NCBI GenBank assembly: GCA_944380675.1 | Contig: CALWIH010000002.1 | Coordinates: forward strand, 280 to 64,279 | DNA from: an uncultured Clostridia bacterium | GTDB taxonomy: Bacteria; Bacillota; Clostridia; Oscillospirales; Acutalibacteraceae | DNA length: 64,000 nucleotides | Reading direction: 5' to 3' | Shown: positions 53,179 to 61,697 of the stretch, piece by piece | Layout of the letters: each line of letters begins with the position of its first letter | How positions within the stretch are numbered: position 1 is the stretch's first letter | Position numbers and translations under genes: made by a program | Notes under the pieces: generated by a model | What the model was told of the DNA's origin: nothing | What the model saw: only the letters and a program-made list of their open reading frames with translations | Database searches by the model: none

Positions 53179-54288
53179 ATGGGCTTTCGTGAATCTCATG
53201 TCCTGTGTCCGAGCTGCCTGCACGAGCTGCGCAGCGGCGACATGGTGATGGCCTGCCCGATCTGCGGGACGCACGCCGAGCCGACGGCAATGGATCTGCT
53301 TCGGCACAGGCCGCCCAGGTGCGGAAAAAAGGGCTGCGGCGGAATTGCCAGCGTGCGGCTGTGCCGCTTCTGCAAATCGCCGCTCCCCGCCGATTTCCTC
53401 GGCTGCGGCAGACATCTGCGCTTCAGTCTGCTGGGCGTCACGGGGGCGGGCAAAACCAATTTCCTGACGACCATGCTTCACGAGCTGCGCAGTGCTGCCG
53501 GATCCCCGTGGGTCGCTTCGCCGATGGATTCGCAGACGGCGGATCTCTTCCGGGAGAACGATCGCGCCGTCTATGAGCGGGGAGAGCCCGCGGCGGCCTC
53601 TCCCGCCGGCGTCGCCCCGCCGCCGCAGATTTGGCGGATCAGGGATCGGACGATGATGACCTCCTCGTTTATCCCGTCCTACTCCATGACGATCTTTGAC
53701 GGCGCGGGGGAGGACTGCGAGCGCATCAACCCCGCCATCAGCCGGTATATCGACGGCTCGAAGGCGCTTGTCATCCTGATCGACCCGCTGTCTCTGCCCG
53801 GCGTCGCGCGAACCATCTCGTCCGACGTTCTGAGCTGGTCCACGACGGCTTCCCACGGCGCGGACGTTTCCGCCGACATGGTGGACGGCCTCGCCAACTA
53901 TGTCCGCCAGGGCTGCGGACTCGTTCCCGGAAAGCTGATCAACCGGGACGTCGCCGTCGTCTTCACGAAAATTGACGCCGTGCGGGAAAGCTTCGGCACC
54001 GCGACGGTCATGCAGTCGAGCCCCCATCTCGCCGCGGGAGGCTTCGTGAAGGCGGACGCCGACGCCGTGGACGCCGAGATCCGCGACTGGCTGGAAAGCC
54101 GCGGGGAGAGCGCCTTCCTCAACGCGATTGAGACGAATTTCCGCGCGGACAAAATCCGTTTCTTCGGCGTCTCGAGCTTCGGTCATCCCCCCACCGGAAG
54201 CTCCCGTCTCGGGCGTGTCGTGCCGCATCGCGTACTCGATCCGCTGGTCTGGATGCTCTCAAAGGAGCATATCGTCCGCACTGTCTGA
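53179..54288 (+). CDS. Soluble Zn-ribbon TRAFAC-type GTPase (second GTPase)
   Basis: CPSC, CPIC, CGKKGC, CRFC; G1 GVTGAGKT, G3 FDGAGED, G4 FTKID, G5 VSSFG. Confidence 0.85.
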   Translation: MGFRESHVLCPSCLHELRSGDMVMACPICGTHAEPTAMDLLRHRPPRCGKKGCGGIASVRLCRFCKSPLPADFLGCGRHLRFSLLGVTGAGKTNFLTTMLHELRSAAGSPWVASPMDSQTADLFRENDRAVYERGEPAAASPAGVAPPPQIWRIRDRTMMTSSFIPSYSMTIFDGAGEDCERINPAISRYIDGSKALVILIDPLSLPGVARTISSDVLSWSTTASHGADVSADMVDGLANYVRQGCGLVPGKLINRDVAVVFTKIDAVRESFGTATVMQSSPHLAAGGFVKADADAVDAEIRDWLESRGESAFLNAIETNFRADKIRFFGVSSFGHPPTGSSRLGRVVPHRVLDPLVWMLSKEHIVRTV

Positions 54289-54330
54289 GAAACGCCGCGC
54301 GGTACCGGCGCAGGAAAGGATGGTTGTCTC

Positions 54331-56895
54331 ATGCTCGATCAGTTGATCTATACGCGCTGCTTCCCTCACCGCGACCTGAAGCTTCGCGGTCAGGTGGTGC
54401 GCAGCGACGGGTTCGGCGTCTTCTCCGTGAGCGCCGGGCTGCTTTCCGATGACTGCGCCGTCGACCTCGGCTTTCTGCAGGCGCGGCTGGCCGTCCCGAA
54501 CGGGGCGAAAGAGTCGTCGGAGCCGGGGCTGTTTTCGTCCTACGAGTATGTGCAGGCCGGACCCGACACGTACGCCCTCACTCTCGAGACAGCCCGCCCG
54601 CGCTGCACCGTCCCGCGCGCGGACGGGAAAAGCCACCGCTCCGGCACCTATCTCAAGCAGTGCCTCATCGGCAAGCCGGAGGGCCGCCCCGCCGACTGGT
54701 TCGGCGCGTCCGTCTGGGACGCCCACAGCCTCCCGGAGAACGACTACTATCTCGCTGGGGAAGCCGCGCCGCCGCTGCTGCCGCAGGTTTCCGCCGCGCC
54801 GCAGGGCGGGACGGCGACGCCGGAGCGCGTGCGGGCGTTCGTCCGCGGCGGCCGCGGGGAGGCCGTGCGCGCGTGCCTGTGGTTTCTCCTCTCCGAATTC
54901 GAGAAGCCCGAGGAGGAGCGCAGGGTTCTCCTCATCCGGGATTTGCCGCAGAACGTGGAGCTGTGGATCGCCGCCGTCTCCTGCGGGCTCTCCGCGCCGA
55001 TGGCGAGGCGGCTCACCTTCTCGACCAACCGCTCGCGGCTCGGCGCGCAGGCGGAAAGCGCCCTGTTCTGCGGCGCGGACGCCGGGGGGAGCGCCTCGCC
55101 GGTGACGCGCCGCCCGATCTGCATGATCGCCGGCTTTCACCCGCGCGACCCCTTCTGCGCCGGCGTCAGGGCGTTCCCGTCGGGGCGCTTCGTCCTCCTC
55201 GACGGGGAGACGAAGACGGTGAGCTGGGAGACGGACGCTTCCGTCCGCCGCCCGTATTACGACGCCGTCCTGCGAAACGACGCGGAGCTCAGCGACTTCT
55301 GCGGCGCGGTGCTGCCCGCGCTGCCGATCCGCGAGCCGACGAGCCGCCTGCCCGACCTCTTTGACGCCAGCCGGTATCTGCTCGACGCCCGCCATCCGCC
55401 GGAGAGCTGGGCATACGGAGAGACGGTTCGCTCCCTCGACGCGCTGCTGCGCTTCGGAGCGCCGGAGAGCGAGGCGCTGAGCGCCTGGCTGCTCCGCGGG
55501 ACTCTCACGGGTTACCCCGACCGCTTCGCCGCGCAGGACGAGGCGCGCGGCTTTCCGCTGCTCTCGCATATCAGAACGCTCGCCGGAGCCGCCCGTTCCG
55601 CCCTTCCCGGGCTGTTTTGCGGCGATGCCCTGGACGCGTATGCGCGGCAGATTGAGGAGTGCTCCGCTGCGTACGCCGGGACGCTTCTCGAGCTGTATTT
55701 TCTCCTGCTTTCCGGGACGAAGGGCGGGCTCGCTTCCATCCGGGAGAGCGGCGAAAAGCGCCGCTTCGTCTCCGTCTGCCTCGCAGCCCTTCTCGACGAC
55801 CGCGGCCGCCTGTCCGCCGCGCTGCAGGCGCTCGGCGCTGTCCCCGGCCTCGCGGAGGACGCCGTCCTTTCCGCGGCGCAGCATCTCGAGGAGCGCAGCC
55901 CTTCGAGATGCGGAGACTGGTGGGAGGCCGTCCTCTCGCTCGGCGGCGGCGCGGCGGAGGTCTGCCGCGCCTTGTGCCGGTCAGGCTCCGCCGATCTCGC
56001 GACGGTGGAGCGCCTTCTCGCCGGACGGGCGGAGCGGGCCGGCTCCTTTGACCGGGAGCTCGCGGACGCGTTCCGGAAGTCTGCCGCCGCGCTCGGCAGA
56101 AAACCCGAATCGGGGCGGCTTCTGTTTGCCGCATTGCTGCGGGCATCCGCTCCCGGGGAGCTGCCGCTCGCCGTCTCCTCCATCCGCGAGAGCGGCCTGA
56201 GCCCTGACACGGAGAGAGCGCTGTTCGCCGCGGCGGACGCGAAGCTCCCGCCCGGCGGCTTCGATCCGGACGGCCCGGTCTGCCGGGCGCTGGCCGGGTG
56301 GGCGGACGCGCTCGGCCTCCCCTCGAGGACGGTCTCGCTCTGCGGGCTGAGGAAAACCCTCTCCCGGGAGCGCAGGCCGGAGCGGGCCGCGGCGGCGGCG
56401 CGCGCCTTCTGCGCGAAGGGCTTTTCGGCGGACGGCGTGCCGCTCTCCGGCGGCTGCTTCGGCAGCCTCACCGCCGCGGCGGCGTCGCTTCGCAGCGCAG
56501 AGCTTCATCTCGCGCTGCTCTGCCTGTTTTCCGACACGGGGGACGCGCTCTGCCGGTATGCGGACGCCTACGCGGCGCAGGTGCTCGCCGCCACGAAAAA
56601 GCGCGAGCTTGCCGGGCAGCTTGCCGCCCTGTGCGGAGCGATGCTGCTCCCCGCGAAGCTCCCGGGCCGCTCCGCCGCCTTCGTTTCACAGGCGCAGGAA
56701 TGCCTTGAGCGCGCGGCGGTGCGGCGGCTTGCGCCGTACGTCAGGCCCGCGCTCACGGAGCAGGCCGAAAAGCTCGATACCTGTGCCCCGGCGGTGCGGG
56801 AAAAGCTGCTCGCTCTCCTGCGGGAGGCGGGCGCGAAATCTGCTTCGGAAAAGGGCGTCGGCGCGTTCCTGCGGAGGCTGTTCGGGAAGGCGTAA
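54331..56895 (+). CDS. GTPase-associated protein (GAP1-N2/M-like) with helical C-terminus
   Basis: Starts MLDQLIYTRC...GFGVFS, as I recall for GAP1-N2 domains; RRLTFST motif; directly follows the second GTPase. Confidence 0.6.
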   Translation: MLDQLIYTRCFPHRDLKLRGQVVRSDGFGVFSVSAGLLSDDCAVDLGFLQARLAVPNGAKESSEPGLFSSYEYVQAGPDTYALTLETARPRCTVPRADGKSHRSGTYLKQCLIGKPEGRPADWFGASVWDAHSLPENDYYLAGEAAPPLLPQVSAAPQGGTATPERVRAFVRGGRGEAVRACLWFLLSEFEKPEEERRVLLIRDLPQNVELWIAAVSCGLSAPMARRLTFSTNRSRLGAQAESALFCGADAGGSASPVTRRPICMIAGFHPRDPFCAGVRAFPSGRFVLLDGETKTVSWETDASVRRPYYDAVLRNDAELSDFCGAVLPALPIREPTSRLPDLFDASRYLLDARHPPESWAYGETVRSLDALLRFGAPESEALSAWLLRGTLTGYPDRFAAQDEARGFPLLSHIRTLAGAARSALPGLFCGDALDAYARQIEECSAAYAGTLLELYFLLLSGTKGGLASIRESGEKRRFVSVCLAALLDDRGRLSAALQALGAVPGLAEDAVLSAAQHLEERSPSRCGDWWEAVLSLGGGAAEVCRALCRSGSADLATVERLLAGRAERAGSFDRELADAFRKSAAALGRKPESGRLLFAALLRASAPGELPLAVSSIRESGLSPDTERALFAAADAKLPPGGFDPDGPVCRALAGWADALGLPSRTVSLCGLRKTLSRERRPERAAAAARAFCAKGFSADGVPLSGGCFGSLTAAAASLRSAELHLALLCLFSDTGDALCRYADAYAAQVLAATKKRELAGQLAALCGAMLLPAKLPGRSAAFVSQAQECLERAAVRRLAPYVRPALTEQAEKLDTCAPAVREKLLALLREAGAKSASEKGVGAFLRRLFGKA

Positions 56896-56936
56896 TAAGG
56901 AGAGCGTCCATAGACGCACAGAGAGGAGGAACATCA

Positions 56937-57191
56937 ATGGCCGGCCCCAGAAAGGTCACCCGGGAGGAGTACGACGAGTTCCGCTCCCGGATGGAGGAGA
57001 AATACGGATACGAGGGAATGTCCGACGAGGAGAAAAAGGACTTCGACGAGAAGATTGACAAGGTCGCCGTCGTCGGGGAGAAGACCGAGAACGCCGACGA
57101 CACCGGCGACAATGAGGACGACGAGCTCGAAAAGGGCGAGTTTGACGACGGTCATCCTCGCGGCGGCGACGACGATGAGGAAATCCGCTGA
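56937..57191 (+). CDS. Small highly acidic protein
   Basis: 84 aa, GAGGAGG RBS, D/E-rich; codon pattern and position fit a real gene. Confidence 0.6.
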   Translation: MAGPRKVTREEYDEFRSRMEEKYGYEGMSDEEKKDFDEKIDKVAVVGEKTENADDTGDNEDDELEKGEFDDGHPRGGDDDEEIR

Positions 57192-57232
57192 CGCAGAACA
57201 GCGCGGCGAACCACGGAAGGGAGGAGTCAACA

Positions 57233-60200
57233 TTGCCGGCCGGCACCAATTCCACCCCCTCGCCGAGAGCGGCGAGACGGCCCGTTCGGAGCCCGCGGGA
57301 CAGCGCCTTGCCCGTCCCTGCGGAGCATCCCGGCGGGAAGGCGCAGCGGAAGGCCCGCTCGATGCTGATGGACAGGGCGCAGCTCGAGCTTCTGGAAAAC
57401 AATCTGCGCCTCATCGGCCTGTATGTGAACTGCAGGCATCTGGAAATGCTGGCTCCCCCGCGCGGAGACGCCCTCTACGAGAGCCGGGTCGTCCCGATCG
57501 CGCCCGCACAGCGCAGCCGCAGCGGAATTGCCGTGTACCAGCTCACGAGGCTGATGTACAATCGCGACGAGAACAGCTATGAAAAGCTCGTGAGCGTGTA
57601 CTCGGCGATGAACGCCTTCGGCGGCCTTGTGGCGCTGATTCTGCAGAGCGACGGGGAGAGCGTCCGCCTGTACCTCGCGTCCAACACGAGCGGCGGCAGC
57701 GCGATCGCCGCCGGGCTGCTCGAGGGAAACCTGCGCGGCCAGTTTCCCGGCTGCGAGCTCAGACGCCTTCCCGACAGCGAGCGGGACGCCCTGCTCGACT
57801 CCTGGGGCGGGGCGGACGCTCTCTCCGCGGGCAGAACCGTCCGCTCCCTGAGCATGATTCCGAGCCGCCGCGAGGATGAGCGCCGCCGCGACCGGGAGTT
57901 CAGCGCGCAGGGGTATGAGAAATTCATCGACGCGATGCACGGCCGCCGCTTCACGCTCGTCGTTCTCTCCCAGCGGGTTCCGCCCGACGCGGCGGAGGAA
58001 TGCCTCGAGGGATTGGAAACCCTCTACACCGGCCTTTCCCCATGCGCGAAGGAGACGGCGTCCTACGGCGAGAATGACGCCGACTCCGTCGGCTATGCGG
58101 TGTCGAGCAGCATCGGCAGCGCGCTGAGCCGCTCCATCTCCCGTTCTTTCGGCACCTCGCACACGAGCAGCGTGTCGCGCGGGGGCAGTTCGAGCTTCGG
58201 CAGAGGATATGAGCTGTTCGGCATCCATTTCAATTCCGGCTCCGGCGCTTCCTTTTCCTCCTCCGCGGCGGACGGCAGCGTCTCGGGCGAAGCCAGCAGC
58301 GACGGCACGTCGGAGAGCTTCGGCAGCGGCGACAGCCAGAGCGCCTCCTCCTCGCGCGGGACGAACCGCTCCCTGACGGTGAGCAGGGACAACAAGGCGG
58401 TGCAGAACCTGCTCGCGAAGCTGGAGGACCACATGAAGCGCATTTCGGGAAGCCAGACCTTCGGGATGTGGAACAGCGCGTGCTATCTTGTCGCCGGCGA
58501 CGCGGCCACCGCCGCGATGGGGACGAGCACGCTGGCCGCCCTCTTTTCCGGCGACTCGCAGGCCGCGCCCCGCGCGTACTGCAGCCAGTGGGACGCCGCC
58601 TGTCCCCGGGAGCGCGACGCCGTCCTCGACTACCTCGGCAGCCTGCAGCATCCCGTCGTCAGCCTCACTGTTTTCCGGGAGACGGCGGAGCCGGACGGCG
58701 CGAAAACCCGCTCCGTCCTCCAGACGGAGCGGCTGACGCCCGCCATGATGATCAGCGGCAAGGAGATTCCGACGTTGATGGGTCTGCCGCGGAAGTCCGT
58801 CCCCGGCGTCGCGGCGGAGAGCATGGCGGAGTTCGGCCGCGGCCTCCCCGAGCCGTGGAAACGGAGCGTGAAGCGGCCGATCCGCCTCGGAACCATTTAC
58901 CACATGGGCCGGGAGGAGGCCGCGCCCGTCCTCCTGAATCTCGATACCCTCGCGTCCCACACCTTTCTCTGCGGCTCCTCCGGCTCCGGCAAGAGCAGCA
59001 CGACCTGTCATATGCTGCAGAGACTGGCGGAGAACCGGGTCCCGTTCCTCGTGGTGGAGCCCGCGAAGGGGGAGTACAAGCGGGAGTTTGCCGGCTTTCC
59101 CGGAATCAATATCTTCACCGCGGAGGAATCGCCGTACCGCCTGCTGCGCATCAACCCGTTTGAATTCTGCCCCGGCATCCATATCAGGGAGCATCTCGAC
59201 AGCGTGCTGCAGGCGGTGAGCGCGTGCTGGCCGCTGTACGGCGCGATGCCCGGCCTGCTCAAAAAGGCGTTTGAGCAGGTCTACCTCGACCACGGCTGGG
59301 ATTTGGAGCACTCCGAGCGGATTGTCCGGCGGGGGAGCAAATTTCCCGTCTTCCGCGATCTCGCCGCCGCGCTCGAGCGCATCATCGACGAGTCCCCCTA
59401 TTCCGCGCAGACGAAGGGAGACTACAAAGGCGCGCTGCTCAACCGGGTTTCCTCCCTCTGCAACGGCTTCGAGGGGCAGATCTTCGGGCGCAGCATGGGT
59501 GTTCCCGACCGCCGCCTGTTCGGCGAAAACACGATCATCGACCTGAGCAGCATCGGCTCGGAGGAGACGCGCTCCCTGATCATGGGAATTCTCATCATCA
59601 AGCTCAAAAATTACCGGAAGGCGTCTGGCGGCGCGCCGGACGGCAGCCTTGTGCACGTCACCGTCCTCGAGGAGGCGCACACCATCCTCAAGCGCTGCTC
59701 GCAGGAGACGGGCGTCGAGACGGCGAACGTGCAGGGCGCGGCTGTCGGCAGCCTCTGCCGCTGCATCGCCGAGATGCGCAGCGCGGGCGAGGGCTTCGTC
59801 GTCATCGACCAGTCGCCCGGCGCGGTCGACGAGGCTGCGATCAAGAACACGGCGATCAAGATCGTCATGCGCCTCCCGTCAAAAAAGGACTGCGAGGAGA
59901 TCGGCGCGGCGCTGAGCCTGACGGAGCAGCAGATCCGCGAGCTCAGCCGCCTCGACGTCGGCGTCGCCGCCGTGTCCCATGTCGGCTGGACGGATACCGT
60001 CCTCGCGCGGATGGGAAACGCCTGGGATCACCGGTACCGCGCGAAGACGCCGCCCGTCCTCGACAAGGGAGTCTGCACCCGCGTGCAGGGAGCCCTCGTG
60101 CAGCTCTTGTACCGGGAGCTGCGGGATGGGGAGCTCGATACCGCGTCCGGCGACGCGCAGGAGCTGCTCCGTCTGCTCTGCGACGGGCCCGCCGCGCTGC

Positions 60201-60676
60201 GGCCCGCCCTTCCGCCGGCAAAGCGGCAGGAGCTGCTCGAGGAGGTGCAGCTTTTCCTCGAGGAAAACGAACAGCTGCTCCGCGCCCGGCGCGCCGCCGA
60301 TCTCGAGCGCGTCTTCTTCGACTTCGTCTTCTCCTTTTTGCGTCTCGACAGCGTCCTGCGCATCTTTCCGCCGGTCGGGGTGAGCGCGAAATGCTCCCCC
60401 GATCCGCTGACGCCGAAGGAGGTCCGCGCCGCCGTCAGGTGGGAGGGGGAGCTGCGTCCCGCGATTGCCCGGTATCTCCATATGCCCGCGGAATGCGATC
60501 CCGACGGCGCGTACCGGTGGCCGCTCTCTCCGGAGGACGCGCAGTATTTCGGCGAGATCCTCGGCGGCCTGCTGTTCCGGTACGCCCAGCGCCGCCGGGA
60601 CGACGACCGCTGGATGAACGCCGTCTCCTATCTGCGCTCGGCAGGCTTCTTTGCGGGGCCGAGGGGAAGGCGGTGA
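57233..60676 (+). CDS. HerA/FtsK/VirB4-superfamily ATPase (DUF87-like)
   Basis: HTFLCGSSGSGKS (Walker A), FLVVEPAKGEY, LRINPF, VTVLEEAH (Walker B), EMRSAGEG, IDQSP, IKNT..KIVMRL; internal Ser/Gly-rich tract. Confidence 0.85.
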   Translation: MPAGTNSTPSPRAARRPVRSPRDSALPVPAEHPGGKAQRKARSMLMDRAQLELLENNLRLIGLYVNCRHLEMLAPPRGDALYESRVVPIAPAQRSRSGIAVYQLTRLMYNRDENSYEKLVSVYSAMNAFGGLVALILQSDGESVRLYLASNTSGGSAIAAGLLEGNLRGQFPGCELRRLPDSERDALLDSWGGADALSAGRTVRSLSMIPSRREDERRRDREFSAQGYEKFIDAMHGRRFTLVVLSQRVPPDAAEECLEGLETLYTGLSPCAKETASYGENDADSVGYAVSSSIGSALSRSISRSFGTSHTSSVSRGGSSSFGRGYELFGIHFNSGSGASFSSSAADGSVSGEASSDGTSESFGSGDSQSASSSRGTNRSLTVSRDNKAVQNLLAKLEDHMKRISGSQTFGMWNSACYLVAGDAATAAMGTSTLAALFSGDSQAAPRAYCSQWDAACPRERDAVLDYLGSLQHPVVSLTVFRETAEPDGAKTRSVLQTERLTPAMMISGKEIPTLMGLPRKSVPGVAAESMAEFGRGLPEPWKRSVKRPIRLGTIYHMGREEAAPVLLNLDTLASHTFLCGSSGSGKSSTTCHMLQRLAENRVPFLVVEPAKGEYKREFAGFPGINIFTAEESPYRLLRINPFEFCPGIHIREHLDSVLQAVSACWPLYGAMPGLLKKAFEQVYLDHGWDLEHSERIVRRGSKFPVFRDLAAALERIIDESPYSAQTKGDYKGALLNRVSSLCNGFEGQIFGRSMGVPDRRLFGENTIIDLSSIGSEETRSLIMGILIIKLKNYRKASGGAPDGSLVHVTVLEEAHTILKRCSQETGVETANVQGAAVGSLCRCIAEMRSAGEGFVVIDQSPGAVDEAAIKNTAIKIVMRLPSKKDCEEIGAALSLTEQQIRELSRLDVGVAAVSHVGWTDTVLARMGNAWDHRYRAKTPPVLDKGVCTRVQGALVQLLYRELRDGELDTASGDAQELLRLLCDGPAALRPALPPAKRQELLEEVQLFLEENEQLLRARRAADLERVFFDFVFSFLRLDSVLRIFPPVGVSAKCSPDPLTPKEVRAAVRWEGELRPAIARYLHMPAECDPDGAYRWPLSPEDAQYFGEILGGLLFRYAQRRRDDDRWMNAVSYLRSAGFFAGPRGRR

Positions 60677-60687
60677 GAGGCGGTGAG
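60668..60687 (+). repeat. 10-bp perfect tandem duplication at the ATPase/nuclease junction
   Basis: AGGCGGTGAG AGGCGGTGAG spans the ATPase stop and the nuclease GTG. Confidence 0.9.
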
Positions 60688-61267
60688 GCGTTTCGGCGGC
60701 GAGGTCCCGGAGGAGGCCGGGGCGGACGAGCATCGCGGCGAGCTGCTTGAGCAGGACGCGCCCGAGACAAAGGACGCGCGCGAGGACGATTCTCACTTCG
60801 CGTCGACGTACCGTCTGAAGCCGAACGAATCGTACGAGGCCAACGGCTACCGCTACGAGACGGATCGCTTCGGGCGCATCACCCTCTGCGAGGGAACCCT
60901 CCGCCTCGAGGAGGGGAAGCGGAACACGATGCACCAGACCGTGGCCGGCGGCGAGTACCGCCTCGAAACGGACGAGGGAGGCCATCTGATCGCGCGGCGC
61001 TTCGGCGGCTCGGAGAAGATCGACAACCTCCTTCCCATGGACGCCCATGTCAACCGTGTGGAGTACGCCGGGCTTGAAAAGGAGTGGGCGGATGAGCTGG
61101 AACGGGGCGGCCGCGTCGAGGTCAGGGTGCGGTGCGTCTATGAGAGCGATTCCGGGAGGCCGGACGCTTTTCTTATCAAGTACAAGGTGACGGACGCGGA
61201 GGGCTTCGAGCGCTTCGGCATCCGCAGAATTTCCAACATGAAACGGGGAGGCGGCGCCTGTGCATGA
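60683..61267 (+). CDS. DNA/RNA non-specific (His-Me finger) endonuclease toxin, EsaD/YeeF C-terminal-like
   Basis: YRYETDRFGRI, DEGGHLIARRFGGS, NLLPMDAHVN...YAGLEKEW, RPDAF; short acidic leader only. Confidence 0.88.
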   Translation: MRRFGGEVPEEAGADEHRGELLEQDAPETKDAREDDSHFASTYRLKPNESYEANGYRYETDRFGRITLCEGTLRLEEGKRNTMHQTVAGGEYRLETDEGGHLIARRFGGSEKIDNLLPMDAHVNRVEYAGLEKEWADELERGGRVEVRVRCVYESDSGRPDAFLIKYKVTDAEGFERFGIRRISNMKRGGGACA

Positions 61268-61697
61268 CATTCGGGAAAACAAGGAGGAGCTTTCGCGGCT
61301 TCTCGGGGCGCTCGGGAACGCGCTCGCGTCCCTCCTTCCGGGGGGATGGCGCGAGGCTGTGGCGGGATGCTTCTTCGTCGGGGAGGAGCAGGCTCCGCAG
61401 CTTCAGCTCCACGTCTTTCCCGCGGACGGGGAGGAGCCCGTCGACCTGATGGAGCTGTCCTGGGACAGCGGCGCGTTCGACGACGCCATCCTCGAGGTGC
61501 AGCGCCTCTGCGGCGGGATGAGAAGCCTCTGCGTCGGCGCGCACGACGCGTGGAGCTCGATGACCTTCCGCCTTTCCGCGGACGGCGCGTTCCGGATCGC
61601 GTACGGCTATGAGCCTATCGCCGCGTACGACGCGCGGTATGTTCTCCGGTGGCAGAGCCGATATCTGACGGAAGGAGGGGGAGCATGGGATTCCTGA
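61260..61697 (+). CDS. Immunity protein, DUF600 / YezG / EsaG-like
   Basis: Overlaps the nuclease stop; LLPGGW, AWSSMTFRLSADGAFRIAYGY, W..RYL pattern. Confidence 0.7.
   Translation: MHDIRENKEELSRLLGALGNALASLLPGGWREAVAGCFFVGEEQAPQLQLHVFPADGEEPVDLMELSWDSGAFDDAILEVQRLCGGMRSLCVGAHDAWSSMTFRLSADGAFRIAYGYEPIAAYDARYVLRWQSRYLTEGGGAWDS

Noticed and set aside
47705-53290. 1861-aa minus-strand ORF and other long antisense ORFs (14183-17236, 28568-30832, 31154-33637, 38256-41216, 57227-59680 and others)
   Set aside because: Stop-poor reverse frames expected from high-GC codon bias; R/A/G/P-rich, no motifs, and each lies opposite a well-supported gene.
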